From Myxococcota bacterium (GTDB taxonomy: Bacteria; Myxococcota_A; UBA9160; PR03): DNA of 64,000 nucleotides. Within the stretch, counting starts at the first letter, position 1. Each line of letters begins with the position of its first letter. The stretch spans positions 74,065 through 138,064 of the forward strand of contig JBFIML010000004.1 of NCBI GenBank assembly GCA_041611735.1, written 5' to 3'. Shown in pieces: positions 28,733 through 37,398 of the stretch. A program made the position numbers and the translations under genes. The notes under the pieces were generated by a model. The model ran no database searches and was not told the DNA's origin. It was given only the letters and a program-made list of their open reading frames with translations.

Positions 28733-31132
28733 CTACGGCTTCGCCAGGCGGTCGAGCTCGCGCCGGGCTGCCTCCGCCTCGGGGAAGGCGCCCGCGTCGA
28801 GTGCCGCGCGGAAGGCGCGGCTCGCGCCCTCCGCGTCGCCGAGCCGGGCCAGCGCCACGCCCAGGTGATAGCGGGTGGAGGGCGCGTCGGGCTGGGCGGC
28901 GAGGGCGCGCTCGAAGACGGCGGCCGCCCGCTTGGGCTCCTCGCGCTTCAGGTGCACGTAGCCGAGCGTATCCAGGATGGCGGGCTGCGGGTCGAGGCGC
29001 ACCGCCTCCTTGGCCAGCGCCAGGGCGCGGTCCAGGTCCCCCCCCGAGTCGGCCAGCAGCCAGGCCAGGTCGTTGCGGGCCCCGGCCGCTCCCGGATGGC
29101 GGTCCGCGATCTCGCTGAGGCGCCGCTGCGCCTCCTCCCGGTTGCCCGCCGCCAGCACGAGCTGGGCGGCTGAGTAGGCCGGCTCCCAGTTGTCGGGGTC
29201 CGCCGTGGCGGCCCGATCGAAGAGCGCGACGGCGCGCTCGCGGCGACCGTCCAGGGCTTCCAGCGTCCCGAGCCCCGCCAGGGCCGTGGCGTTCTCGGCG
29301 TCCAGCTCGAGGGCCCGTTCGAGGGCGCGCCGCGCCGCCGCGGCGTCGCCCCGACGCGCCTGCACGCTGCCGAGGATGGCCTGGTGGGCCGCCGAATCGG
29401 GATTGGCGCGCGCCGCCGCCTCGGCCCGGGTGCGCGCCTCCTCGGCGCGCCCCAGGGCGATCAGGTCCTCGACCGCCGAGCGTAGCGGCGCCTGGTGGGC
29501 GGCCTCGGTCAGGTCGAGGCCGCTCTTCTCGATCACGGCCAGGGCCGCCGCCGGCCCGTCCTTCTCCCGGGCCAGGTGCGCCCGCTCCACGGCGGCCTCC
29601 ACCGGGAAGCCGCGCTTCGCCAGCTCGTCCACGGTCTCCGCCGCGAGCTCCGGCCGCTTCGCCGCCAGGAGCGCCCGGGCCCGCAGCACGTAGCCCTCCG
29701 GCCGCTCCGCGTTGCGCCGGTCGAGATGGCTCTTGGCGAAGCGGGCCGCCTCCTCGGGCTCGCCCCGCTCGAGGTACAGGCGTGCCAGGAGCAGCGAAGC
29801 GTCGGTGTCCCCGGCACCGCTGCGCACCGCCTCGCGCAGGTGGGCCACGGCCCGCTCGGCCGCGCCGGAGCGCAAGGCGGCCATGCCGGCCAGGAAGCGC
29901 GCCCCGGGATTGTCCGGCCAGTTCTCCACGGCCGGCTCGAGCACGCGCAGGGCGGCGGCCGGATCGTCCCGCATGAGCAGGATGCGTCCCTGGAGGAGCT
30001 GGCGGTAGATCGGGTCGTCGATGTCCGCCGCCACCTTCTCCGCCTGCTCGATGCGCTCCGCGTCGAGCAGGGCGTCGGCGTAGGTGAAGCGGCCGTCGTC
30101 GTTGTGGGGACCGCCGGTCTCGGCGATCACCTCCTCGATGGCCCGCAGGGCCGCCTCGGCGTCGCCTCCGCTGCGGTGGAACTGGGCCAAGGCCAGCCGC
30201 TCCGCCATGCCCCCCGTCACCTCCACCGCCTCGCGCATCAGGGCCTCGGCCTCGTCGCCGTGCCCGTCGTTGCGCAGGCGGTTGGCCAGGGCCACGCGGC
30301 GGGCGAGGTCGCCGGGGTTGGCGTCGTAGTAGCGCCGTGCCAGGGCGAGGGCGTCCGGGCGCCGCTCGCTGCGGTCGTACAGGTCGAGCATCTGCCGCAC
30401 CACGAAGGAGTCGTCGGGATGCCGGGCCAGGCAGCCGAGCAGCTCCTGCTCGCCGCGCGCCGCGTCCTTGGCGTAGTCGCGATAGTGGAGGGCCAGGGCG
30501 GTGCAGGCACGCGCCTCGAGACCCGGCTGCTCCGACTCCCGCGCCACCTCGAGGAAGCGCCGGTGTGCCGCCTCGGACTCCGCCACCCGGCCGAGCTCCC
30601 CGAGCGCCACCGCCCGGGTGTAGAGCGCCTGCAGGTCCTCCGGTGCCAGCTCGAGCACGCGCTCGAGATCCGCAAGCGCGGCCGCCTGGCGCTTCGCCTC
30701 GAGGTTGACCTTGGCGCGCAGGGAGAGCGACTGCGTGTGCTGGGGCTCGCGCTCGAGCACGCGGTCGAGGGTGGCCAGGGCGCGGTCGTAGTCCTGGAGC
30801 GTCAGGTAGAGGGTCGCGAGCGCGTAGTTGGCCGGGATCGCGAACTGCTCCGTCTCGGCGGCGCGCTGCAGCGGCCAGACCGCGCTGTTGTTCTGGCCGA
30901 CCCGGGAGAGGGCCAGACCGAGCCGGTAGTTGGCCTCGGCGTGCTCCGGCGCCTCGGCCAGGATCTCGCGCAGCGGCGCGATGGACTCGCGGAACTCGCC
31001 CACGTCGTGCATGGCCTGCACCTCCGCGAGCCGGTCCTCGAGGCTCGCGCGGCAGCCGGCTCCGACCAGGAGCAGGCACGCCAGGGCGGCGGGGACGAGC
31101 CGGGCAACGAGGCGAAGACGGGGGGCGGACAT
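28733..31132 (-). CDS. TPR-repeat lipoprotein, PrsT-like
   Basis: Lipobox VGAGC, TPR arrays, ARNDLAWLLA..ILDTLG and FPEAEAARREL. ATG 31132 has a GGAGG RBS and a TATAGT -10 at 31174-31169. Confidence 0.8.
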   Translation of the reverse strand: MSAPRLRLVARLVPAALACLLLVGAGCRASLEDRLAEVQAMHDVGEFRESIAPLREILAEAPEHAEANYRLGLALSRVGQNNSAVWPLQRAAETEQFAIPANYALATLYLTLQDYDRALATLDRVLEREPQHTQSLSLRAKVNLEAKRQAAALADLERVLELAPEDLQALYTRAVALGELGRVAESEAAHRRFLEVARESEQPGLEARACTALALHYRDYAKDAARGEQELLGCLARHPDDSFVVRQMLDLYDRSERRPDALALARRYYDANPGDLARRVALANRLRNDGHGDEAEALMREAVEVTGGMAERLALAQFHRSGGDAEAALRAIEEVIAETGGPHNDDGRFTYADALLDAERIEQAEKVAADIDDPIYRQLLQGRILLMRDDPAAALRVLEPAVENWPDNPGARFLAGMAALRSGAAERAVAHLREAVRSGAGDTDASLLLARLYLERGEPEEAARFAKSHLDRRNAERPEGYVLRARALLAAKRPELAAETVDELAKRGFPVEAAVERAHLAREKDGPAAALAVIEKSGLDLTEAAHQAPLRSAVEDLIALGRAEEARTRAEAAARANPDSAAHQAILGSVQARRGDAAAARRALERALELDAENATALAGLGTLEALDGRRERAVALFDRAATADPDNWEPAYSAAQLVLAAGNREEAQRRLSEIADRHPGAAGARNDLAWLLADSGGDLDRALALAKEAVRLDPQPAILDTLGYVHLKREEPKRAAAVFERALAAQPDAPSTRYHLGVALARLGDAEGASRAFRAALDAGAFPEAEAARRELDRLAKP

Positions 31133-31257
31133 GGACGAGCGGACCTCCGGATGGACGGCGAACGCGGAACTATAAGTGAGTCGCTCGGGCCCCGCATGGG
31201 CGACGCGGAAGAGGCCCGCCGTCGTGCTTCGCGCTCCCCAGGGGAGAGGGGGGAGGT

Positions 31258-31294
31258 GGAAGGGATTTTCCTCCAAGGAAGGAAACGCCCTTCC
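31258..31294 (+). promoter_or_regulatory. Tandem candidate enhancer sites for a sigma-54 activator
   Basis: GGAAGGGATTTTCC (31258-31271) and GGAAACGCCCTTCC (31281-31294). Both fit GGAA-N6-TTCC, are mutually inverted, and start 23 bp apart. Confidence 0.55.
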
Positions 31295-31352
31295 GTCCTG
31301 CGTAGACCTCCCCCTGGGGAATCTTCCGTGATCGAGAAAAAACTCGTATAAA

Positions 31353-31365
31353 CAGATACTTGATA
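31353..31365 (-). promoter_or_regulatory. IHF-like site
   Basis: TATCAAGTATCTG on the minus strand has one mismatch to WATCAANNNNTTR and lies in an AT-rich tract. Confidence 0.55.
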
Positions 31366-31387
31366 GAGAGAGGGCAGGAAGTCTGCT

Positions 31388-31403
31388 TGGCACCGCGGTT
31401 GCA
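31388..31403 (+). promoter_or_regulatory. Sigma-54 (-24/-12) promoter of PEP-CTERM gene 2
   Basis: TGGCAC-CGCGG-TTGCA, an exact match to the consensus. Confidence 0.9.
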
Positions 31404-31498
31404 TTGGGTTGGTTGCGTTAGGCGGAAGGTGGGAACGGCAGGGTGCCACCCCAACTGGCTCCGCCAATCGAAATCGACTCGAAACAGGAGACTTCGAA

Positions 31499-32305
31499 AT
31501 GCGGAAGTTGATCGGCATCGTAGCTGCCGGGTTCCTGGCCATGGGTGCCGGGACCGCCAGCGCGGCCACTCTGCCTTTCTCGGGCTTCTTCTCCCTGGGC
31601 CTCGGAACCCTTCCGGGCATCATCGACTTCGGCGGCGGTTTTGCGTCGGTGAACGGCTCCCTGGGCGGCGGCCACTTGAACAGCCTCAACTTGGCCGGCG
31701 GGACCTTCGGCCCGATCACGGTGAGCCTGCCGGTGACGGCCAGCGCCACCGTGCAGTCCGTGCGCTTCACGGGCATCAAGAACCAGGCCGGGGCCTTCGC
31801 CTCGCTCTCCGGCGGGCCCCCGGGCGGCGGCCCCATGGGCTTGGCGGGCCTCGCGAAGATCTGCCTGGTCTTCGACTTGACCTGCCAGTTCGTGAACGTG
31901 CCGGTGCCCTTCACGCCCATGGCCGGCGTGGGCTTTGGCGTGGGCGGCACCCAGCTCGTGGCCGGCGCGGTGTCCCTGACGCTGAAGCATGCGCCTTGGA
32001 CGAGCGGCCAGCCGGTCCTCAATATCCACGTCCCGGCCTCCACCGTGACCACGCCGATGCTGCCGGGCGGGTTCGCGCACGACGCGGCTTCGCTCACCTC
32101 CAACACGGCGGCCAACTCGGGGACCGTGCAGCTCGTGACCGCGTCGCGGGTCTACACGAGCCTGACCGGGGCCTTCCCGGAGCTGCCGGTGTTCGGCATC
32201 ATCCAGCTGCACTTCGTGCCGGAGCCGGGGACCCTGCTGCTGCTCGGCTCGGGTGTGGCGGGGCTCGCGATCCTGGGTCGCAGCCGGCGCAACAAGCGCT
32301 CGTAG
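31499..32305 (+). CDS. PEP-CTERM sorting-domain surface protein (paralog 2)
   Basis: Signal peptide ending ASAA, Gly/Ser/Thr-rich body, and VPEPGTLLLLGSG + TM + RSRRNKRS. AGGAG RBS upstream. Confidence 0.92.
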   Translation: MRKLIGIVAAGFLAMGAGTASAATLPFSGFFSLGLGTLPGIIDFGGGFASVNGSLGGGHLNSLNLAGGTFGPITVSLPVTASATVQSVRFTGIKNQAGAFASLSGGPPGGGPMGLAGLAKICLVFDLTCQFVNVPVPFTPMAGVGFGVGGTQLVAGAVSLTLKHAPWTSGQPVLNIHVPASTVTTPMLPGGFAHDAASLTSNTAANSGTVQLVTASRVYTSLTGAFPELPVFGIIQLHFVPEPGTLLLLGSGVAGLAILGRSRRNKRS

Positions 32306-32336
32306 CGCCAGACAAGACACCTGGTCTTAGCCTGTC

Positions 32337-32372
32337 GGCGGCCACCTCCTCGGAGGTGGCCGCCCCTTTTTT
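32337..32372 (+). terminator. Rho-independent terminator
   Basis: GGCGGCCACCTCC-TC-GGAGGTGGCCGCC hairpin followed by CC-TTTTTT. Confidence 0.85.
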
Positions 32373-32690
32373 GGGGGTCCTTTGCGGTGTCGCCGCGGCC
32401 CTCGAGCGCGTGGCTGATCGGCTCGAGGTCCGAGGGACGGCCAATCCCCTGCACGCGCCGTCGGACCCACGCCGCCGCCACCGCCGGTCGATTGGCCCGG
32501 CAGCGAGGCCCTGGACGAGCTTTCCGGCGTCTCGATCCCGAGCCGCGGCGCGCCGGTGCCCCAGCTGGACCGGCTCGAGCTTCGCGGCGCGCTTCCCCTC
32601 CCTGGGCCACCGCTCTCGCGCATCGGTCCAGGGGGGGACTCCACGACGGGCGGAGCGGGACGAGGAGCGGCCCGCTCCGAGTCGGCCGTC

Positions 32691-34988
32691 TCAGCGCTCC
32701 GCCAGCCGCGCCATCTCTGCTCGCGCGGCCTCGGCGTGGGACGACGGCCCGGCCGCCAGGGCCTTGCGGAAGGCCTCGAGCGCCGCGTCGCGCTGGCCCT
32801 GCTGGACCCTCGCCAGGCCCAGGTGGTACCAGGCGCCGGCCAGCTGGGGGTCCAGGGCGAGGGCCCGCTCGAAGGCATGGATGGCGGGCTCCAGCTGTCC
32901 CGAGCGGAGCGCGACCCAGCCGCGGGTGTCCAGGATCTCCGCCGTGGGCGCCAGACGCGCGGCGCGCTCGGCCAGCTCCGCCGCCAGCTCCAGCTCCTCA
33001 CCGGCGTCCGCCAGCAGGTAGGCCAGGTCGTTGCAGGCGAAGGCGTTGCCCGGGTCGCGGTGGACCACGTCGCGCAGGCGCGCGCGGGCCTCGTCGGTGC
33101 GTCCCCGCTCCAGAAGGAGCTGCGCCGCCCGGTAGGAGGGCGCCGTGTTGGCGGGGTCGGCGGCGGTGGCCGCGTCCCAGCGGGCCAGGGCGGTGGCCAC
33201 GTCGCCGCGGTGCGCGGCGATCTCGGCCAGGCCCGCCAGGGCGACGGCGTTGCGCGCATCCCGGGCCAGGACGCGCTCGAAGCTGCCACGCGCCGCGTCC
33301 GTGCGTCCGGCCTGGAGCAGCACGGAGCCCTCCAGGCTCTCGAGGCCGGCGTCGCCCGGACGGCGCGCGCGGGCCTCTCGCACCCGGGCCAGGGCCTCGT
33401 CGCTGCGGCCCAGGGCCACGAGATCGCCGACCAGGCTGCGCAGGACGGGCTGGCCGGCCGGCGTCGAGAGGTCGAGGCCGCTGGCGTCCACCACGTCCAC
33501 GGCGGCGGCGGGGCCGGCGGCCCGGCGCTCCACCCAGGCGCGGGTCAGGACGCCCCCGGTGCCCAGGGGCCGGAGCTTGGCGAGCTGGTCGAGGGTGGTG
33601 CGGGCCGCCTCCAGCTGGCCCGAGGCCGCCAGGGCGCGCACCGTCACCAGATGGGCCTCGATCCCAGACAGGGGACGCACGGCAGCCTGCTGCTGGGCCA
33701 TGCGGACGGCCTCGGCGAAGCGACCGCGGGCCAGGTACTGGCGCGCCAGGACGAGGGCCGCGTCGGTGGCGGCCGGATCCGCCTGGAGGGCCACTTCGAA
33801 GGCGGCGAGCGCCGCGTCGGCCTGGCCGCGGGCCAGCAGGATGCGCCCGCGAGCGAACTCCCGGTGGGCGGGAACGGCGAGGGCGGGCAGCAGCGCCTCG
33901 GCACCCGCCAGGTCGCCACTGTCCACCAGCAGCTCGGCGCGCTGGAAGCGGACGGGCTCGGCCTCCGCTTCCGGGAGCCGCTCCAGGGCCTGCCCGGTGG
34001 CCCGGAGGGCGGCCGGGGCGTCGCCCAGCTGGCGCTGGAAGTTGGCGAGCAGGAGCCAGGCCGCCGCCGACGGCTCGCGCTCCGCAGCCTCCACCAGGAC
34101 CCCCTGGGCCTCTCCCGCCTTTCCTTCGGCCACCAGGCGGGTGGCGAGCCCCGCCCGCAGCGCCAGCTGGGAGGGCTCGCGCTCCACCGCACGTCGCCAC
34201 GCGGCGGTGGCCGCCGCGGGCTCCTCCAGCCGGTCGTAGAGCTGGGAGGCCCAGGAGAGGGCCAGCGGGTCGGCGGGGCGCGCCTCCAGGCAGTCGTCGA
34301 CCACGCGGCGGGCCCGGGCGGCGTCGCCGCGCCGGTCGGCATAGAAGGAGGCCAGGGCCAGGCAGGCCCGCGCTGCCGCCGCGGGAGGGCCGTCGGCCGC
34401 GGCCTCGCGCAGCCCCTGGTAGGCCGCCTCGCAGTCCGCCCAACGCTCGAGGGCGCACAGGGCGGCCGCCCGCAGCAGGAAGCCGTTCTCCGCGTCCGGG
34501 CGCAGCGCGAGCATGCGCTCCGCGTCGGCCAGGGTGGCCTCGGGACGGTTCGCGGCCAGGCTGGCCTGGCCCCGGGTATAGAGGGCAGCGCTGCGCGCGG
34601 GGTCGATCTCGAGCACCCGCGAGGCCGCCTCGACGGCGCCCTCGGCGTCGTTGGCGCGCAGGCGCGAGCTGGCCAGCAGGATCCCGGCTGGGATGGCGAG
34701 CTTCGCGGAGCGGGCCGCCTTCTCGAGGGGCGCCACCGCCAGGCCCACGTGCCCCGTCATGGCGTAGCAGACGCCCAGCAGGTGGTTGGCCTCGGCGTCC
34801 TCGGGATGCTCGACGAGGACGGGGCCCAGGGCCTCGATGGCCTCGCCGTAGCGTCCCTCCTCGACCAGGGCCCGGGCCGCGTCGAGACGCGGGTCCACCG
34901 AGCTCGGGCAGCCGAGGGCCGCGACGACGAGCAGGACGGCGAGGACGCGGCGCCGGGCCGCGCCCGGCGCAGGCAGAGCGGAAGCCAC
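32691..34988 (-). CDS. TPR-repeat lipoprotein, PrsT-like (paralog of 28733-31132)
   Basis: Lipobox AALGC, AEANHLLG, SGLDLS, ACNDLAYLLAD and ILDTRG motifs. Start approximate (GTG 34988). Confidence 0.78.
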   Translation of the reverse strand: MASALPAPGAARRRVLAVLLVVAALGCPSSVDPRLDAARALVEEGRYGEAIEALGPVLVEHPEDAEANHLLGVCYAMTGHVGLAVAPLEKAARSAKLAIPAGILLASSRLRANDAEGAVEAASRVLEIDPARSAALYTRGQASLAANRPEATLADAERMLALRPDAENGFLLRAAALCALERWADCEAAYQGLREAAADGPPAAAARACLALASFYADRRGDAARARRVVDDCLEARPADPLALSWASQLYDRLEEPAAATAAWRRAVEREPSQLALRAGLATRLVAEGKAGEAQGVLVEAAEREPSAAAWLLLANFQRQLGDAPAALRATGQALERLPEAEAEPVRFQRAELLVDSGDLAGAEALLPALAVPAHREFARGRILLARGQADAALAAFEVALQADPAATDAALVLARQYLARGRFAEAVRMAQQQAAVRPLSGIEAHLVTVRALAASGQLEAARTTLDQLAKLRPLGTGGVLTRAWVERRAAGPAAAVDVVDASGLDLSTPAGQPVLRSLVGDLVALGRSDEALARVREARARRPGDAGLESLEGSVLLQAGRTDAARGSFERVLARDARNAVALAGLAEIAAHRGDVATALARWDAATAADPANTAPSYRAAQLLLERGRTDEARARLRDVVHRDPGNAFACNDLAYLLADAGEELELAAELAERAARLAPTAEILDTRGWVALRSGQLEPAIHAFERALALDPQLAGAWYHLGLARVQQGQRDAALEAFRKALAAGPSSHAEAARAEMARLAER

Positions 34989-35063
34989 GAGGGGCGTGAA
35001 CCTCCGGAACCAGACGAACCGGGCAGGATATGGCGCTGCGCCGCCTCCCACCAGGGGTGCGGC

Positions 35064-35813
35064 TCAGGAAGCGGGCGTCGCGCCGTCGGGAACGCGCCGG
35101 CAGGTGGCGACCAGCGAGAGCCCGAACGGGGGAGGCACGCGCGCTTCCAGGGCGCGCGCCACGGGCAGGATGCGGTTCATGGCGCCGTACTGGTTCTCGC
35201 CGTGGATGGAGCGGCGCAGCAGCCGGTACTGCACCCACCAGCCCAGCGCCCCGGCGGCGTTGAAGTAGCGCATGCGCAGGGCCTCGAAGGGCGTGTGGCG
35301 CAGGATGGTGCGCAGGTAGGCCTTGCTGTAGCGCCGGTAGTGGCCGTCCACGGCGTCGTAGGGTCCGTAGAGGGCCAGGTGCGCCGGGACCAGCAGCGCC
35401 AGGATCCCGTCGGGCTCGAGCAGCTCGGCCAGGGTCTGGAGCGCACCGATGTCGTCGCGCACGTGCTCGAGCACGTTGATGGCGACCACGCTGTCGAAGC
35501 GCTGGGCCCGCAGCTCGGCCCGCAGCTCGGGCCCGAGTTCGCCCACGTCGGCGGCCACGAAGCGGCAGCCCGGCCGGTCGGCGAAGCGGCGGGCGGCGTA
35601 GCCGATCACCTCCGGGTCCACGTCGAGGCCGCACACGAGCTCGGCCCGCCCGGCCAGCAGCTCGACGATCCCGCCCACCCCGCAGCCGATCTCGAGGATG
35701 CGCCGCCCGAGGTGCGGCTCGAACTGCTCGAGCTGCCAGCGCAGGTACGGCTGGTTGACGGCGTCGAAGCGCGCGTAGCGCTCGAGCCGGCTGGTGAGCG
35801 GGTCGCTCGAGAT
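35064..35813 (-). CDS. Class I SAM-dependent methyltransferase
   Basis: ILEIGCGVG, NVLEHV.DD, LLVPAH and D..DGHYRRY motifs. Start proposed at ATC 35813, behind GGGAGG. Confidence 0.75.
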   Translation of the reverse strand: MSSDPLTSRLERYARFDAVNQPYLRWQLEQFEPHLGRRILEIGCGVGGIVELLAGRAELVCGLDVDPEVIGYAARRFADRPGCRFVAADVGELGPELRAELRAQRFDSVVAINVLEHVRDDIGALQTLAELLEPDGILALLVPAHLALYGPYDAVDGHYRRYSKAYLRTILRHTPFEALRMRYFNAAGALGWWVQYRLLRRSIHGENQYGAMNRILPVARALEARVPPPFGLSLVATCRRVPDGATPAS

Positions 35814-35904
35814 CGGAGCTTCCTCCCGGCGCGAGTGCGTCGCGACGAGTCTACCCGCTTTCCGGCGGTGGCGCGGAGGTGATAGCCTGCGCGCCGGCGG
35901 GACC

Positions 35905-37398
35905 GTGCCGGATCCTCGACGACGAAGCCTCGAAGCCGGGCTGCTGGGCTTTCTCGCCCTCTTCGCCGCGGCCCGCGTGCTGGGGCTTGCGCTGGCGTTG
36001 CCCTTCTTCAACAACGTAGACGAGGTGCGTCACTACGACGTCGTCCGCAAGCTCGCCCACGGCCGGCTCCCGCACCCGGACGCGCTGCGCTTCGACCCGG
36101 CCGTGCTGCGCACGGCATTGCTGTGGGGCTCGCCGGAGTTCCTGGCGGCACCCGGCGAGGCGGTCCCTGCGCCGCCGGGACGCGATCCCGCCGCCGCAGC
36201 GAGCCCCGGGTTCCGCCAGCAGATGGCGGAGCTCGGCCGGCTGCTGAACACCGCCGTGCAGCCGCCGGTCTACTACGCCCTGGCCGCCGGGTGGTGGCGC
36301 CTGGGACACGGGATCGGTCTGCGGGAGCCCGGGCTCGTCTACTGGACGCGGGGTCTCGGCGCCTTCTTCGCCGGCGGACTGGTGCTGCTGGCCCATGCGC
36401 TGCTGGCACGCAGCCACGGCGACGACGCCCTGCTGCGGCTCGGCGTGCCGGCGCTGCTGGCGGTCTTCCCCCAGGACGCCTGGCTCTCCATCACGAACGA
36501 CGCCCTCTCGCCGCTCGCCTTCGGCGCAGCCTTCGCGGCGCTCTGCGCCGTGCGCACCGGCGAGGCGCGCTCGCTCCCCGCGGCGGCCGGGGCGGGCCTG
36601 CTGGTGGGGCTCACCTTCCTGGTCAAGTACACCAACGTGGCCATCGTGGCGGTGGCCCTGTGGGCCTGGGGCGCGCGGTGGGCGGGCGCCACCCGCCGGC
36701 CCGAGCGCGCCGAGTGGCGCCGCGCGGCGCTGTTCTGGGGCTGCGCGGCGCTCCCGCTGCTGCCCTGGTGCGCGCGCAACGCCTGGCTCTTCGGGGAGCT
36801 GCTGGCGGCCTCGATCCCGCTCGAGTCCGCGGGCTGGATGCGCAAGCCCCTGGCCGACTTCCTTCCCCACCCGCTCTTCGGCCTGGGGGGTGCGCGGCAC
36901 TTCCTCGAAGAGCTGGCCGTCACCTTCTGGCGCGGCGAGTTCGTCTGGTACGGCGAGCGGCTCCAGGTCGCCTGGGCCGACGTCGTCTACCGGCTCACGA
37001 GCGGCGCCTGGCTCGTCCTAGCGGGCCTGCACCTGGTGCTGCGCCGGGAGCCCACCCGGCCCCGACGCGTGGAAGGGCTTGCCGCCGTGGCGGTGCTCGC
37101 CGCCGTGGCGACGCTGGTCGGGCTCACGCTCGCCTACCGCTTCCCGGAGCATGGGGTGCCCACCCGGGACGATCCCTACGTGGTCCTCGGGCGCTACGTG
37201 GGGGGCGCGGTGCTGCCGTTCCTGATCCTCTATGTCCGGGGGATCCGCGTCCTGGCGGAGCGCCTGCCGGCGTCCGCCCGGGAGCCCGTGGCCTGGGGCC
37301 TCTTGCTGGCCACGGCCGCCACGGCCCTGGTCTCCGAGGCGCTCGTTCACGCGCCCGTGCTGGCCAGCCCGTACAACGCCTTTCACGGCGGGCCGTGA
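35905..37398 (+). CDS. GT-C-like membrane protein (DUF2142/GT39-like)
   Basis: PFFNNVDEVRHYD after TM1, then QPPVYY, ITND, LVKYT, RN and GRY motifs. Confidence 0.65.
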   Translation: MPDPRRRSLEAGLLGFLALFAAARVLGLALALPFFNNVDEVRHYDVVRKLAHGRLPHPDALRFDPAVLRTALLWGSPEFLAAPGEAVPAPPGRDPAAAASPGFRQQMAELGRLLNTAVQPPVYYALAAGWWRLGHGIGLREPGLVYWTRGLGAFFAGGLVLLAHALLARSHGDDALLRLGVPALLAVFPQDAWLSITNDALSPLAFGAAFAALCAVRTGEARSLPAAAGAGLLVGLTFLVKYTNVAIVAVALWAWGARWAGATRRPERAEWRRAALFWGCAALPLLPWCARNAWLFGELLAASIPLESAGWMRKPLADFLPHPLFGLGGARHFLEELAVTFWRGEFVWYGERLQVAWADVVYRLTSGAWLVLAGLHLVLRREPTRPRRVEGLAAVAVLAAVATLVGLTLAYRFPEHGVPTRDDPYVVLGRYVGGAVLPFLILYVRGIRVLAERLPASAREPVAWGLLLATAATALVSEALVHAPVLASPYNAFHGGP

